Assembly (NCBI GenBank): GCA_039545335.1
Contig: BCIN01000007.1
Coordinates: forward strand, 1,108,530 to 1,172,529
Source: Kondoa subrosea
Taxonomy: Eukaryota
DNA length: 64,000 nucleotides
Reading direction: 5' to 3'
Shown: positions 37,446 through 49,257 of the stretch, piece by piece
Position numbering within the stretch: position 1 is the first letter of the stretch
Layout of the letters: every line of letters begins with the position of its first letter
Position numbers and translations under genes: made by a program
Notes under the pieces: model-generated
The model's input: the letters and a program-made list of their open reading frames with translations, nothing else
Databases searched by the model: none
What the model was told of the DNA's origin: nothing

Positions 37446-40400
37446 TTACTTTTCATCTTGATCTGCTCCCACTCTCAGTCCCAACCGCCTCACCAGCGCT
37501 GTAGAATCAGACAATTATCAGTATATAATCTCTTTTTGCACGAATGTTTGCAGAACTTACGATCATCTGCTGGAGTATCAGGATGCACTTGGATGTTGCC
37601 CTGCGATAGCGCTGTTGTGCCTCGATTTGGGTTGATGCCAGCTGGATCAGAAAGACTTCCTCCTTCATCGTTTGGTCTCCATGCTGCTCCAACGCTGCAA
37701 CTCTCTATCAGTAAGGGAGTTTTCCAGATATAGACAAGGAGACACATACCTCGACATGATCAGAGATGGAACCATTGCTAGAAGTGCTGAAGGATGTACG
37801 CCCGCCTTCTCGAGTCGTGCACTCTTTGTTCTGAAGGAGATCGATTGACCGCGATGGCGGCCACCTTTGATTGATGAAAGAACAGTAAGGTCGCCGAAGA
37901 CCTATAGAGATAGACTTAGCCGAGACGCATTGGCCAAAGAGAAGGTTGCATACCTTTGTGATGCCCTCGTTCCAGTCCCCATGTGCTGCTGCCGGTGTTA
38001 CGACAGGCAGAGCATTTGGATCAGGGTAAAGTCCCATCTTGATCATCATTCTTTCGAAAGGTGCAGTTGGTAGTAGTCGGATGACGACAGCGATAGGTAG
38101 AGATAGAGCACCAATGATGATCGAGATCGCCCAGTAAACTCCTGAAATCCTTCGTGCAGAGAAAGCAGCACCACCGACGAAGACAATCAATATTTGTCCA
38201 CCAATCATGATAGCCCAGATGGCCATGAAGTACTTGTTCTTGAGGAAGCCAGTAAAGATATTAAGTTTGCGACCGAGGACACGAGCATTCAGAGCATTAA
38301 CTGTACTTCATATTAGCTATATAACAGCCTGCGCGCAAAAGGACATACAGATCTGGCAGAAGACGAAAGTATTGAATACCAAAGTGGAAAGCTCTTCGTG
38401 TTTGTGTTGGTTGGTCAATGGATCAGGATCGTAAACGTTGAAAATACTTGGGCCAACGAAGTGTAGAATGAAAGCAACGATGAGCTGGAAGATAGATTGA
38501 CCGATGATCATCTTCCACATGTCAGGGGAGATGAGAGGAGCCATCTTTGCGTCAGGTTTTCGGTTCAGCGAATCGCGGTTAGCTGGATCAGTAGCCAAAG
38601 CTAGGGCAGCGAAGGTGTCCATCTGTTTACGGATTGATTAGCTAAAGTCACGGCACGGTAAAGAGGGCAGATCACGATTAAGTTTACCCACAACAGCTGA
38701 ACGGCAGTAAGAACAGATTCTTCAGAATCGGAAGCAACGGCGGTAACCTATCGAAAACAATGAGATTCTGTAATCAAATGCAAGAGAACAAAGCGTACGA
38801 AGGTTAAAATGACGGCAGTGATGTTGACGGAGATCTAAGACGAGACATAAGCGAAAGAATGTAAAACTGCAACGAAACTTACTTGGAATTGCAAGAACTT
38901 CTTGACCGAGTCATTGACACAACGACCCCACATGATAGCGGTAACGATAGAAGCAAAGTTATCGTCCATAAGAATGATATCGGAAGCTTCTTTGGCGATT
39001 TCAGTACCGGCAATACCCATTGCGAAACCCACGTTGGCAGTTTTGAGAGCTGGACCATCATTCATACCATCACCAGTGACACAAGTGACTTCACCCATCT
39101 TCATGAGATAAGCAACAAGAGTTTCTTTATCCGTTGGCGAAGATCGAGCAAGAACTTGAAGACGGGGGACAACTTCGCCCATTTGCTGTTCATTGAGTGT
39201 TCTGAAGTGAGGACCTTCCATAATGAGACCACCAGGAGTGAAGATGCCGCATTGAGTAGCAATAGATCTGTGCGAAGGAGAATAAATTTAGCTAAAAGAT
39301 CGAGAGCACAGAACAAGAATGAAAACACACCGAGCAGTAAGAACGTTATCACCAGTGCACATCTTGACAGCTACACCAGCAGTTCTGCAAGTAGCAACCG
39401 ATTCTGTGACACCTGGTCGAAGAGGATCTTCAATAGCAGTAATGGCGACCAAAGTCATATTGCGAGCCAATTCATCCCAGTCAAGTTCACCAGCTTCGTT
39501 CATTGACATTCCTGGTGGTGGCCAAGAAGGGAAATCACGGTAGCAAAGAGCGATTGTTCGAAGAGATTGGTTGGCATAAAAGATGATAGTGCGTTCGATG
39601 TTGCCTAAAGTTTCAGCGTTGAATTCAGCAACGCGGACTTCTCCATTTTCGTCAGCCGCAGAGGCAGCGTCGGCTTCAGAGTAAGATTGAGAAGAAGGGT
39701 TGCCGACATGAACGTGATGAGTAGACTTCTTTTGCAAGATTTCAGATGCGCCCTTGAAGAAGATACGAGCACCACCATTGGCAAGTCGGACGACCACAGC
39801 TGAAGCTTTGCGAACAGAAGAGAAAGGATAAGCTTGAAGAACTTCAGAGCTCTTCCTGACTTCATCATAGTTGGACCATCCAAGAGCTTTTGAAAATGCA
39901 AGAAGAGCGGTTTCAGTCTTGGAACCGACGAAACCCATGTTGCCCATTTCATCCTTGCCTTCGAAAGCAGTAGAGTTGATTGCGATAGAATCGTTGAAGA
40001 GTTTGCGAACGGGACCAGTAACAGCACGATTGAGTTCAGCCATGTCGAGTGAGAAATCCTTGCGTCCTCTCCGAGGGCCAGCAGGCTTCTCATCGTCGTT
40101 TGCGTTGGATCGACCAGCATTTTCAGCCAGTCGATCGGCGAATTTGAGATGAACACCAACAGATCCAGCAACGACTGACATCTTGTTCTGAGTAAGTGTA
40201 CCGGTCTTATCAGTACAAATGACAGTAGCGTTGGCCATGGTTTCGCAAGAACCCAAAACACGGACGAGCAGATTTTCTTTGGTCATTCGACGAGTTGCGA
40301 AAGCTAGAGCAAGAGTGACAGCTAAAGGTAGACCTTCAGGTACAGCTACAACGATAAGAGTGACGGCAATAATGAGGATGTCGATGAAGTTGGCGGCCTT

Positions 40401-41925
40401 TTCGTCTGAAGTTCGGTTAGGGTTTTGAGCCAAGCCGACGAAGAAGCGGATCATGAGACAGGCGAAAAGAATGAGACCAGCAGTAGCTGCAAGCTTGGCG
40501 ATGGTTTCGGCCAATCTGTTGAGCTTGAGTTGAAGAGGAGTGATTTCACCGGGACGTTGTAAAGCTGAAAGAAATTGTCAGATAATAGTAAGACAAGAAG
40601 TCAGGAAGACTTACACATCATGATCTTTCCATAGTAAGAATGTTTACCAACTGAAGTAGCAACATAGCGACCGCTTCCTTCAATGACCTTTGAACCAGAA
40701 AGAACAAAGCAGTCCGCTTTACCAGCTTCACCAGCTTCGCGAGCCTTCATCAATTCTTCGTATGGAAGTTTCTTGATTGCATCAGATTCACCAGTAGCAG
40801 AAGATTCATCGCACTTGATGTTGTGACCTTCCAAAAAGACACCATCAACGGGTACAATTTCACCAGGTTCAAGAGTAAGAATATCGCCAACCACAACATC
40901 GTAAACATTCATGAGTTGTTCGGTACCGCCGTTTCTTGTGACTTTGACATTGCGTTCTTCTTTTTGAGCGTTGAGTTTAGCGAATTGACGTTCTTTTTGC
41001 CAATCATTGAGCGAACCAACCATGACGACAATAGTGATGGCAGCAATGATAGCTACACCTTCTACCCATTCGACTGCAGGCTCTACCACACCATTGACGA
41101 CTTTAGGTTCTGCACCGACCGCTTGGTAAATACCCAAAGCGAGGGAAATGACGGCGGCGACGGAAAGAAGAATCAAGACTTTGTCCTTCATAGCAGCACC
41201 CATGAGGTAGAGAAGAGACTTGGACTTCTTGGTAGGTAATTTGTTTTGACCGTAGATGCGTCTGCGGGTATCGATAGAGGTATCGGCTGAACCTCCACTT
41301 TCGCTGAGACCAGTTTTGAGATCGGTGTGAAGCTTTTCAGCAAGACCGGTGAGACCGCCCATTTCAGTGAGCTTGTCGACAGATTTAGGATCGACCAGAC
41401 CATTCAGCTGAGAGGGGAAAAGAGGGAAAGAACCCATTTCTTCACGGGAAGGATCTGGGATAGCGGCCTGTCCATAGGAGAATCAGTCAGTTTTGGAAGC
41501 AAGAAGAGTAGAATGACACGAACAGGAATGTAATGCTTGTCTTTCTTCTCATCCACTACTTCATCATCATCCTTCTTGCCCTTCTTGCCAAACATGCGCT
41601 TGACAAAGTTGGGCTTCGGAATGTCTGGAATAGCTTGCTTGGTAGGACGCTTGACACCTCCAGCTTCAATAGCGACATCATCGGGAGAGTTGTACTTCTC
41701 GATATTTCGACTTGGTTGAGGTGGAACGTCGAACCTTGGAGCCAAGTTTGGAGCAGTTGTAGCACCAGGAGCTGTAGCTGCATGGCTCTGATCATAAGGT
41801 ACTGGCTCATCGGACAAGATGTTGCTATAGCAAACAAAACAAATGTCTTAGCATGAATTGAATCCAGGCGGGTTCATCACACAAACTTACTGCGGCGAAT
41901 CGCCTTGGAAAGGTATGTTTGACAT
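37446..41925 (-). CDS. PMC1: PMCA-type (P2B) Ca2+-transporting ATPase
   Basis: [65 protein letters not shown]. First exon [11 protein letters not shown]; last exon [17 protein letters not shown]. Confidence 0.96.
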
Positions 41926-42166
41926 TGCTCTTGAAGCAGTCAGAAGAATGAAAGTGAAAAGAAAGAAATCGAAAGAGAAGCAGTGCTGTGAAGCTCTGGA
42001 AATGTATATGCCAAGTCAGAAGGTCGACTCGAAACACAAAGGAGCGCAACTCACGTCCAATTGGAGATGTGACTGGCTCAAGCAGGTGCAAGTAATGGTA
42101 GCGGAAAGAACGACAAAGGTCATCAAAATTCAAGATTTAAGTCAGGTCTTGGCACTCTCAAACTTG

Positions 42167-42200
42167 CACAGCCTTAATGTCGGAAAGAGTCCACAGCCTC
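42167..42200. promoter_or_regulatory. Two tandem Crz1/CDRE-like sites upstream of PMC1
   Basis: CACAGCC at 42167-42173 and CACAGCCTC at 42192-42200 (GAGGCTGTG on the gene strand), ~240-275 bp upstream of the ATG. Confidence 0.55.
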
Positions 42201-42685
42201 AATCTCTTGTAGTGATCTACCCCTCTTATCTCCCCTGGCTTCTCCATGCCTTGCCCTGCCCTCTCGTCCTTGCATTGCCCTTTGACTCCGACGCAATCCC
42301 TTGGCAACAAGAAACGTTTTAGTTTTACGCAAGTATATCCGCCAACCCTTGCCCATCAGGCCCCTCAATCTCAGATCAAAGAGGGCAGCCGGGGTAATCG
42401 CTAAAAAGGAGGGAAGACATGAGCATAACCAAGTTGTATTACAGAACGTGAAAATGAAGTGTTACGTAATATACCAGAGATCCCGTCTCGCGTCCCATTA
42501 CGAGACTTGCAGTAGCATATATGGAGTGAGATGAGAAGCAGTAAGCATGAAAGAGGGCCAACGATACAACAGAGAGAACACAGTAAGGCAAGGAAGTAAG
42601 GAAGTCCGAGGAAAAATCATGGAAAGAGGAACTGATAGCTTGATTCATATGACCTGAATAATGCGGAGGGAATGTTTACCACCCT

Positions 42686-43318
42686 TCATTTGCCAATAGA
42701 GTGCTCAGGCTTTTTCTCAGATCAGCTATTGTCCGGTGTGATAGGGCAATGAAAGGCTCACTCTAGGTTTAGGTAGGTCTTTGTCGGCCAACATCAACTT
42801 AATGTGCTCTTCAGGAATACCGTAAGTCTTCCAGAAGCTCGCCAGAATGGTAGGTGATACAGTCACACCAAAACCAACATTTGCGGTTTGCATGCTGCAA
42901 AAGCTTCCACCTCCTCCTCTAGAAATAGACACATTCACACATTAGACAAAGTATTCACACGCAAAACGGAGCGGAGTTCCAGCTTACCCAGTAAACTCGC
43001 TGCGAAAATCATCAACTTCTTCGCTAAAACCCGTAACCCATCCTAGTCGCTCATCTACAACGCCCAAAAAGTAACCAGTCATGTGATCTAAACCCCAATG
43101 AATGCATATAGGTCCTTGATAAATCCAATGCGAGCTGATTTGGCAATCTTGTCGTGGCATGAGTTTGATGTTGAGAGCAGAATATGCAGCTTTGTCTTGT
43201 CCTCTACACGACATTTCAGTCAACGCATGGCGGATGATACTGATGGTGCTTACTTCTTTTGCCGATACAGCGCCGCAAGAGAAGGAGTCATAGGATAAGG
43301 CAAATCCGGTGCGTTCAT
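42686..43318 (-). CDS. Small uncharacterised protein, 4 exons
   Basis: MNAPDLPYPMTPSLAALYRQK|KGQDK...IHWGLDHMTGYFLGVVDERLGW...EFT|GGGGGSFCSMQT...GFGVTVS...FWKTYGIPEEHI...PR|PEHSIGK. All introns are canonical and in phase; TATAAA lies ~70 bp upstream. Confidence 0.72.
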
Positions 43319-43624
43319 GATTGTATATCTTGGGCAAAGGAGTAAGAGGGAGAGAGAGAGAGAAAAGGCGTTTTACTTTGAGCTTTATAAAAGGTAAGAC
43401 TTTGATTGGTGCGAAGCAATTTGTCTTCTCTTGCCTCGTGCCGGACTTCGACTCCATTCGGAATTCTCTTGAGCTAAAATAGAGGGCCGATAAGAGCAAG
43501 ACGAAGTAATGCAGTGAGCAAACAGTAAACTTGATGGTAAAGGCGCATCAGCATCCAAGCAGATATCACTTTGTAACTGGTTTGACTCACTTTGTATGCC
43601 CTAATCTCCAATCAGTCTCTCACT

Positions 43625-44756
43625 TCATCTGACCACCTCAGCCCTAGCCAATAGCGCAATAAAAGCTCTCCAACCAGCAGAATCGTCGCTCTCCAGTAAA
43701 GCAGTATGACGAATCTTGACATTCCCCCATCGAGCACTCAATAATCTCACATCCTTTTTCGTAAGCTGATCTATTCTACTTAGATCTACTAGTCCTAATG
43801 AAGAAGGTGGGTTGAGGTGATAGAGTGTTTCGAGTGATAAGCTGTGTGAAGAGATGCTTGATAAATTTAATTCGACCAATTTGGAGGAGAGTGAAGTAGT
43901 TAAGAATGAATGGAGTGAAGGTTTAGATAAATGATCGCAAGCTGAAAGATTGAGGTGAGTTAAAGAAGACCAATCGGTGGAAGAAGAAGAAGGTAAAGCT
44001 CGTAAGCCAGACCAAGATAGATCCAATCTTTCTAGATGAGGAGTTGCTTTAGCCAAGAGTGAACCATCTTGGATTCTGCTACAGCCTTTCAAATTCAGTC
44101 TCTTCAATTCCACACCATTCGCTGACAAAATAGCCAGCATCGCTTCTGTCAAAGTCAAGCAGAAAGATAGATCCAGAGCCGTCAGTCGAATGAAGTCGGT
44201 ATTCGTAAAGAAGGAAGCCAATCGAGACTCTTCGACCAGGACATGAGACAATTTCAGATTTTGGCATGACGGAAGAAGATGTGTCGATATTGATTGCGGT
44301 AATCGATCAAAGGCGGTATAGAGATCAGATTGAAAGAAGACCGAGTCAAGTAGCCAAGCAGAGAGATCGAGTTGTCTATAGCATTCAGAGTGATTCAAGG
44401 CTGACCGAAAGAACTATCGAGGTCCCCTTATCAGTGCCCATTTCACTTGGTGGACAAGTAGCAAGTAGACATACACCTCTACTGATAGCTCGAAGTCTCC
44501 AGACCTCAAACGGAGGCAGATAAGCCAGGATAGACGAGATCAATTCCAAAGGCAGATCTGCAATGTTTGTTGCTCGTTTGTGGAAATGCTTTCTTCGCTT
44601 GGCCCAATGCAAGAAATCCTGTTCCGATTTGATTTTGGTAGGACTTGCCAGCTTGATCTCATTCGATGGAATAAGTCGAATCACAGGTAAACAACCTCTA
44701 GGCGAGCTCATCTCTCCTCTTCGCATCACTTGCTGAATGGTGGTTGTGGTGCTCAT
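43625..44756 (-). CDS. F-box / leucine-rich-repeat protein
   Basis: F-box IADLPLELISSILAYLPPFEVWRLRAISR. LRRs LTALDLSFC, LKRLNLKGC, LERLDLSWS, LTHLNLSAC. Confidence 0.85.
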
Positions 44757-44921
44757 TGTATACGCCGAGGTGGAGAGAATGCTCAGAAGGCGATTCTGAA
44801 CGGTTCAAGAGCAAGGAAGGGAAATATGACCGCATTGAGCAGTTGACCAATTTCGGCCAAGCTGTCCTACCTCTTCGCACTGCGCAGCACCGCTTCTCGG
44901 GTAATCTCACAATCACGCAAG

Positions 44922-45719
44922 ATGTCTTCCATCGCTACAGACGACAACTGTATCTTTTGCAAGGTGAAAGCTTTCTCCACTTTAATCTATCTCGCTCAGT
45001 GTCTGATGCTGCATTACCATATGTAGATCATCGCGTAAGTTTCAATCTTCTGATGTAACGCGAGCTATGTTGAGACGCTTTCTCACATGAAGGGGAAAGA
45101 TCCCATCATTCAAACTCATTGAAACCGACAAGACGTTAGCTTTTCCTCGCTTAATGTCTTCACATTTCCGGGCTCATGCGATCTCTTTCTCTCTGCTTTC
45201 CGCTCTAAAGCTTCTCTTTTCTTGATATCGGTCCATTGAGCAAAGGTCATGCTCTTGTGATCCCAAAACGTCCGTTTTCTCTTTCAATCCTGTTCTTGCA
45301 TGTGCAGTGCTTATAAGATCGAGATTATAGATCATGCTGCAAAATTACATGAACTGCCAGATGAAGCAATGGCTGAAATCTTACCTATCGCCAAGAAGAT
45401 TGCAGTCTCACAAAAATTAGACAACTATAATGTCCTGCAGAACAATGGTCGAATCGCTCATCAGGAAGTTGATCATGTTCATTTCCATGGTAAGCACCTT
45501 TCCGTCTGTTATGTAAGAAGAGCAAAGCAGCTAATCACCTTAGCGATTAGTTATCCCTAAACCATCTGCTTCGGATGAAGAAGGTCTTGTTGTTGGCTGG
45601 CCTGCAAAGAAAGCTGTTATGGGTCAGTCAAAGCATACCATACGCAAGGGATCTTGCTCAGGGGGTTCACTGCAGATGAGCTCAAGAAGTATCACGAAGA
45701 GATCAAGTCGAGGTTGTGA
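44922..45719 (+). CDS. HNT1: HIT-family nucleotide hydrolase Hnt1/HINT1
   Basis: DNCIFCK|II|AGKIPSFKL...FLDIGPLSKGHALVIPK...YNVLQNNGRIAHQEVDHVHFH|VIPKP...IKSRL. Confidence 0.94.
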
Positions 45720-45922
45720 GAGGGCAGGGAAAGCGCCAAGGGCAGACCTTCAACGGAGGACTAAAACAGCTATCTACGGAAGCTTTGAATGTCATCAACA
45801 TGAATCGGTCTCAGAATCATTTTCATTATGTACGCCGGTGTATCAGGAAACAAGGATGATGGCACAACGTACACTTGCTCATTCGATCCGGAAGTCAGCA
45901 TATGAACTCGCACAAAGCGTGA

Positions 45923-48900
45923 TTACTCTGTCATTGCATCCAAACTCGAATCAAATATGTTACTGCTCAAGCTCTGCAACCAAACGATTCGGTCGGACTC
46001 TTGCAATGTCGCCACTGCTGTGTTACTTTCTACTTGTGTTCCACGAGTCTAAAGAGAGATCAGTCCACTTCAAAGACTAGTTAAGCAGAAGTTTACCTTT
46101 GTGAAAGCCGCCTCGACTTGTGTTATCCTCGAAAGCATTTCGCTGACTGTAGCTGACTTCTTGAGGTCTCGTTGTTCTGCTGAGGCTGATTTGCTCATCA
46201 AAAAGGTAGGAAGGACGTTGAGCAAATTAGGGATGACTTGATTGACCAATCGACCGAGTTCAGCGGGATTTGAATTCTTTCGTAACAGGTCGGGTAGATC
46301 GACAAGACATGCCGCATAATCGAGGTAGATCTATCTAGCCATTAGCAATTCATTCACCCACGAGAACACAAATTATTTACCTGTCCTCCGCTTTGCCAAT
46401 CTGCGACATCGTGCTGAACCTCCTCCAAGTGGGTGAACAGCCGCACGAGCAAGTTCATATCTCCACGCAAGACAGCTTCTGGCGCAAGATCAAACACAAG
46501 TAGTCGATGAGCAGCTGAGAACATTTCCGCTTCCATGTAGAACTTCATTTCTTCCCAAACTTTGCCTTGCGATTTGCATTGCAGAGCTTTAGCTTCTGAT
46601 ATCCAAGATGACGGAATAGACAGATCATCTTGAAGGCGAGATTGCGATTCTTCGGTTATTTGGGTGACATTCCGGAGTAAGAGGTCTTTGATGCCTTTTA
46701 TTCGACTAGGCCGAAGATCAGTTATTATTATATAGCATCACAAGAAATTGACATACCATTCAGGATGTGATAGATGCAGCAGAACGAAAGCAGCCAATTC
46801 CCATTGATCATTCAATTCCAATTGTGTAGCGTAGCTTTCCGTCAATTGATCCGCAATAGCACTAGTGGACCAATTAGGGTAGGCTTCATCTTCTTTTGAT
46901 CCTTCTTCAAGTAGATCTCTTGCATCTAATCGATCCGCGAAATCTGCTACTTTCAAGCTCTTCGCCAACAGGATATAGCAATGCCAGGCCAACCGCACGT
47001 CCAAAGGAGAGGAGGAGAAACCTCTCGACAACAAGGCTTGTTCTAATCCATCTCCTTGCCCAGTAGCTAATTTCAGCAACTCAAATTGCGGATCCCAAAC
47101 TGGTTCTTTCAGATTACTTTTCCACTTGATGATTTCTTTAGCTTCTTGGTACCATGTGATAGGTTTCGCTGGTTCTTCGGGGTCTGACCAACTTTCCTCG
47201 TATCGCTTGACAGCATATTCCGTTGACGCGTCAAAAGCGCCGTACCAAAGATGCAACCCGAGTACGCGTTTCCAATCCAGACCTTTCGGTATAGAAATAC
47301 TTGAACACCCATCAATTGGATCATTCGGTTTGTAGCCTTCCGCAATAGAGATGTTTCCGCTGAGCAGTTCATAGATCTTTCGATAGCCTTGATCTATATG
47401 CGAGTCTGCTCTGTATTCCCTCCATTTACTCAATTGTAGGAAGAGATCGGCTCGGAATTCGTCATCGCCTCCTGCTTGAGCTAACAAAGTTGCGAGGTGT
47501 AGATCGTTGTTTTCGATTGCAGCATGACAAGCTCGTTCGATTTGATGACCGGAAAGAAGAGTGAAGATGGTATGAGGAACAGATTGAGAAGTATTTGACC
47601 GAAGATCACGTTCAACTGATGAAGAGACCGCTTCTTCTAACCAATTGGAAAGAGCTTGCCGCCGGCTGAGTGCTGTAATATGGTTCTTCTGAGCAAGAGT
47701 CGCTTGTGAAGGGAGCTCAAAGTCTTCTAGTTCATCGAATAGCGCATGACCGAGTTTCCAAAGACTTGTTTCGTGAGATTCTGAAGTAGATTTTGGGAAA
47801 TGATGGAATCGAAGATCGGGATGTGTTGTAGCTACAGGTACCCCATCTTCTAGGAAGACGTCTGTATGTTGCCTCTGGATCTTCAATGTTTTGTCTGCGG
47901 ATTCTGCTGCTGAAGACTGTTCCTGGCACCATTCGTTTTAGCTTTTGACAAGGCTCAATATCAGCTCGACAAACCTCATCTGTTGCTAGCGTTTTGAATT
48001 TGGAAGAAGACAGCCTGGTAGGGTTCTCGCGGATCTTTGAAGATCTGCGCCAGATTTAGCTCTCGCGGGAACAAACTGCATTATACTCACGAAGGATCCT
48101 CAACGCCTCCAACACCGCCCAAAGTGATCAATCTTCCGTCAGGTCCCCATCCAGCTCTAAATGACCTGCCTAGCATCAACCCAGCATCGCTCAAGAAACC
48201 TTCTTTGCCTTTTGTTATTGATTGCGAGGATGGTATGAGGACATGAGGTCGAGGTATCCGTTCTTTTGCCTTCGGTTGAGGAACATCTTTCGAAGGTACA
48301 TTTTGCTCTTCTTGTGCTTTATGGGTATTCTGAGCTGGAGGGGGTACATTCCCGAAAGAGAATGCAGGCAGAGTTTTAGCTGTAGTCGAATCTTTCTTTG
48401 CTGGTAGAGGAGCTCGTTTCGGGGCAAAGAGACTAGCTTGCATAACTTTACTTCTAGCTGGATCTGCAGTGTGCGAAAGCATTCGATCAAGATTGGATGG
48501 AGCTGGTCTTGCATCTCTTCGAGCTTTTGCTTCTTCAAAAGTATCATCCACAGCCATATCTTCCTCTGAGTCAGAAGCAGCAGATTGAGTCCTTGAGCGT
48601 TCGTTATTTGGGTGATCATCGATTTCTAGCCCACTATCGCTTGACTGGTTGGATCTGGCAGGAGAAGGTTTGACAGGAGCTGGCTTCTTGCTGCTCTTGT
48701 GCTGTTTGACAGGGACAGGTTCTGGACTATAGCCATTGTCACTATCGCTCATTTCCTGATCATCGTCTAAACGAGACACAGGCGGTGGTGCATCTTCCTG
48801 CTCGCTCTCTGTCTCACTACCAGATTGTCCAGAGCTTGGTGACCCGCTAGACCGCCTTGAAGAGACACCAGAAGCTGAACTTTGCCGTTGTTTGCCTTTT

Positions 48901-48980
48901 CGATTTTTAGCGACTTGGGAAGAAGCAATAGACGTGTTGTCAGAGTCGGAGTCACTGTCTGAAGCTCCTATGTAGACCAT
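45923..48980 (-). CDS. NUP96: Nucleoporin Nup96 (Nup145C-like), encoded without Nup98
   Basis: DAGLMLGRSFRAGWGPDG; IFTLLSGHQIERAC...LHLATLLAQAGG...QLSKW; LDWKRVLGLHLWY; YATQLE...WELAAFVLLHL. Confidence 0.9.
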
Positions 48981-49257
48981 AGCCCAAGGTGAGCAGGTTG
49001 CTCAAGGTATTGGAAGTTTGGAAGACAGCGTGCAGAGTCTTAACAGGAGAACTTGGCCAAGGTCAGCGGTAGAGTTGAATAAAGGATGATAGAATAATAG
49101 AATGAATCATGAGTAGTATATTGAAAGGTATGCTATATATTACATGTTTAAGGTGATCCCAAGAACTGAACGCGACTGCCTCTATCGAAACTGACTTCCT
49201 CCGACCAGCGGTTCCCTCCTCTGGAGACTGAAGTGATTGATGAGAGTCTTGAGCTCT

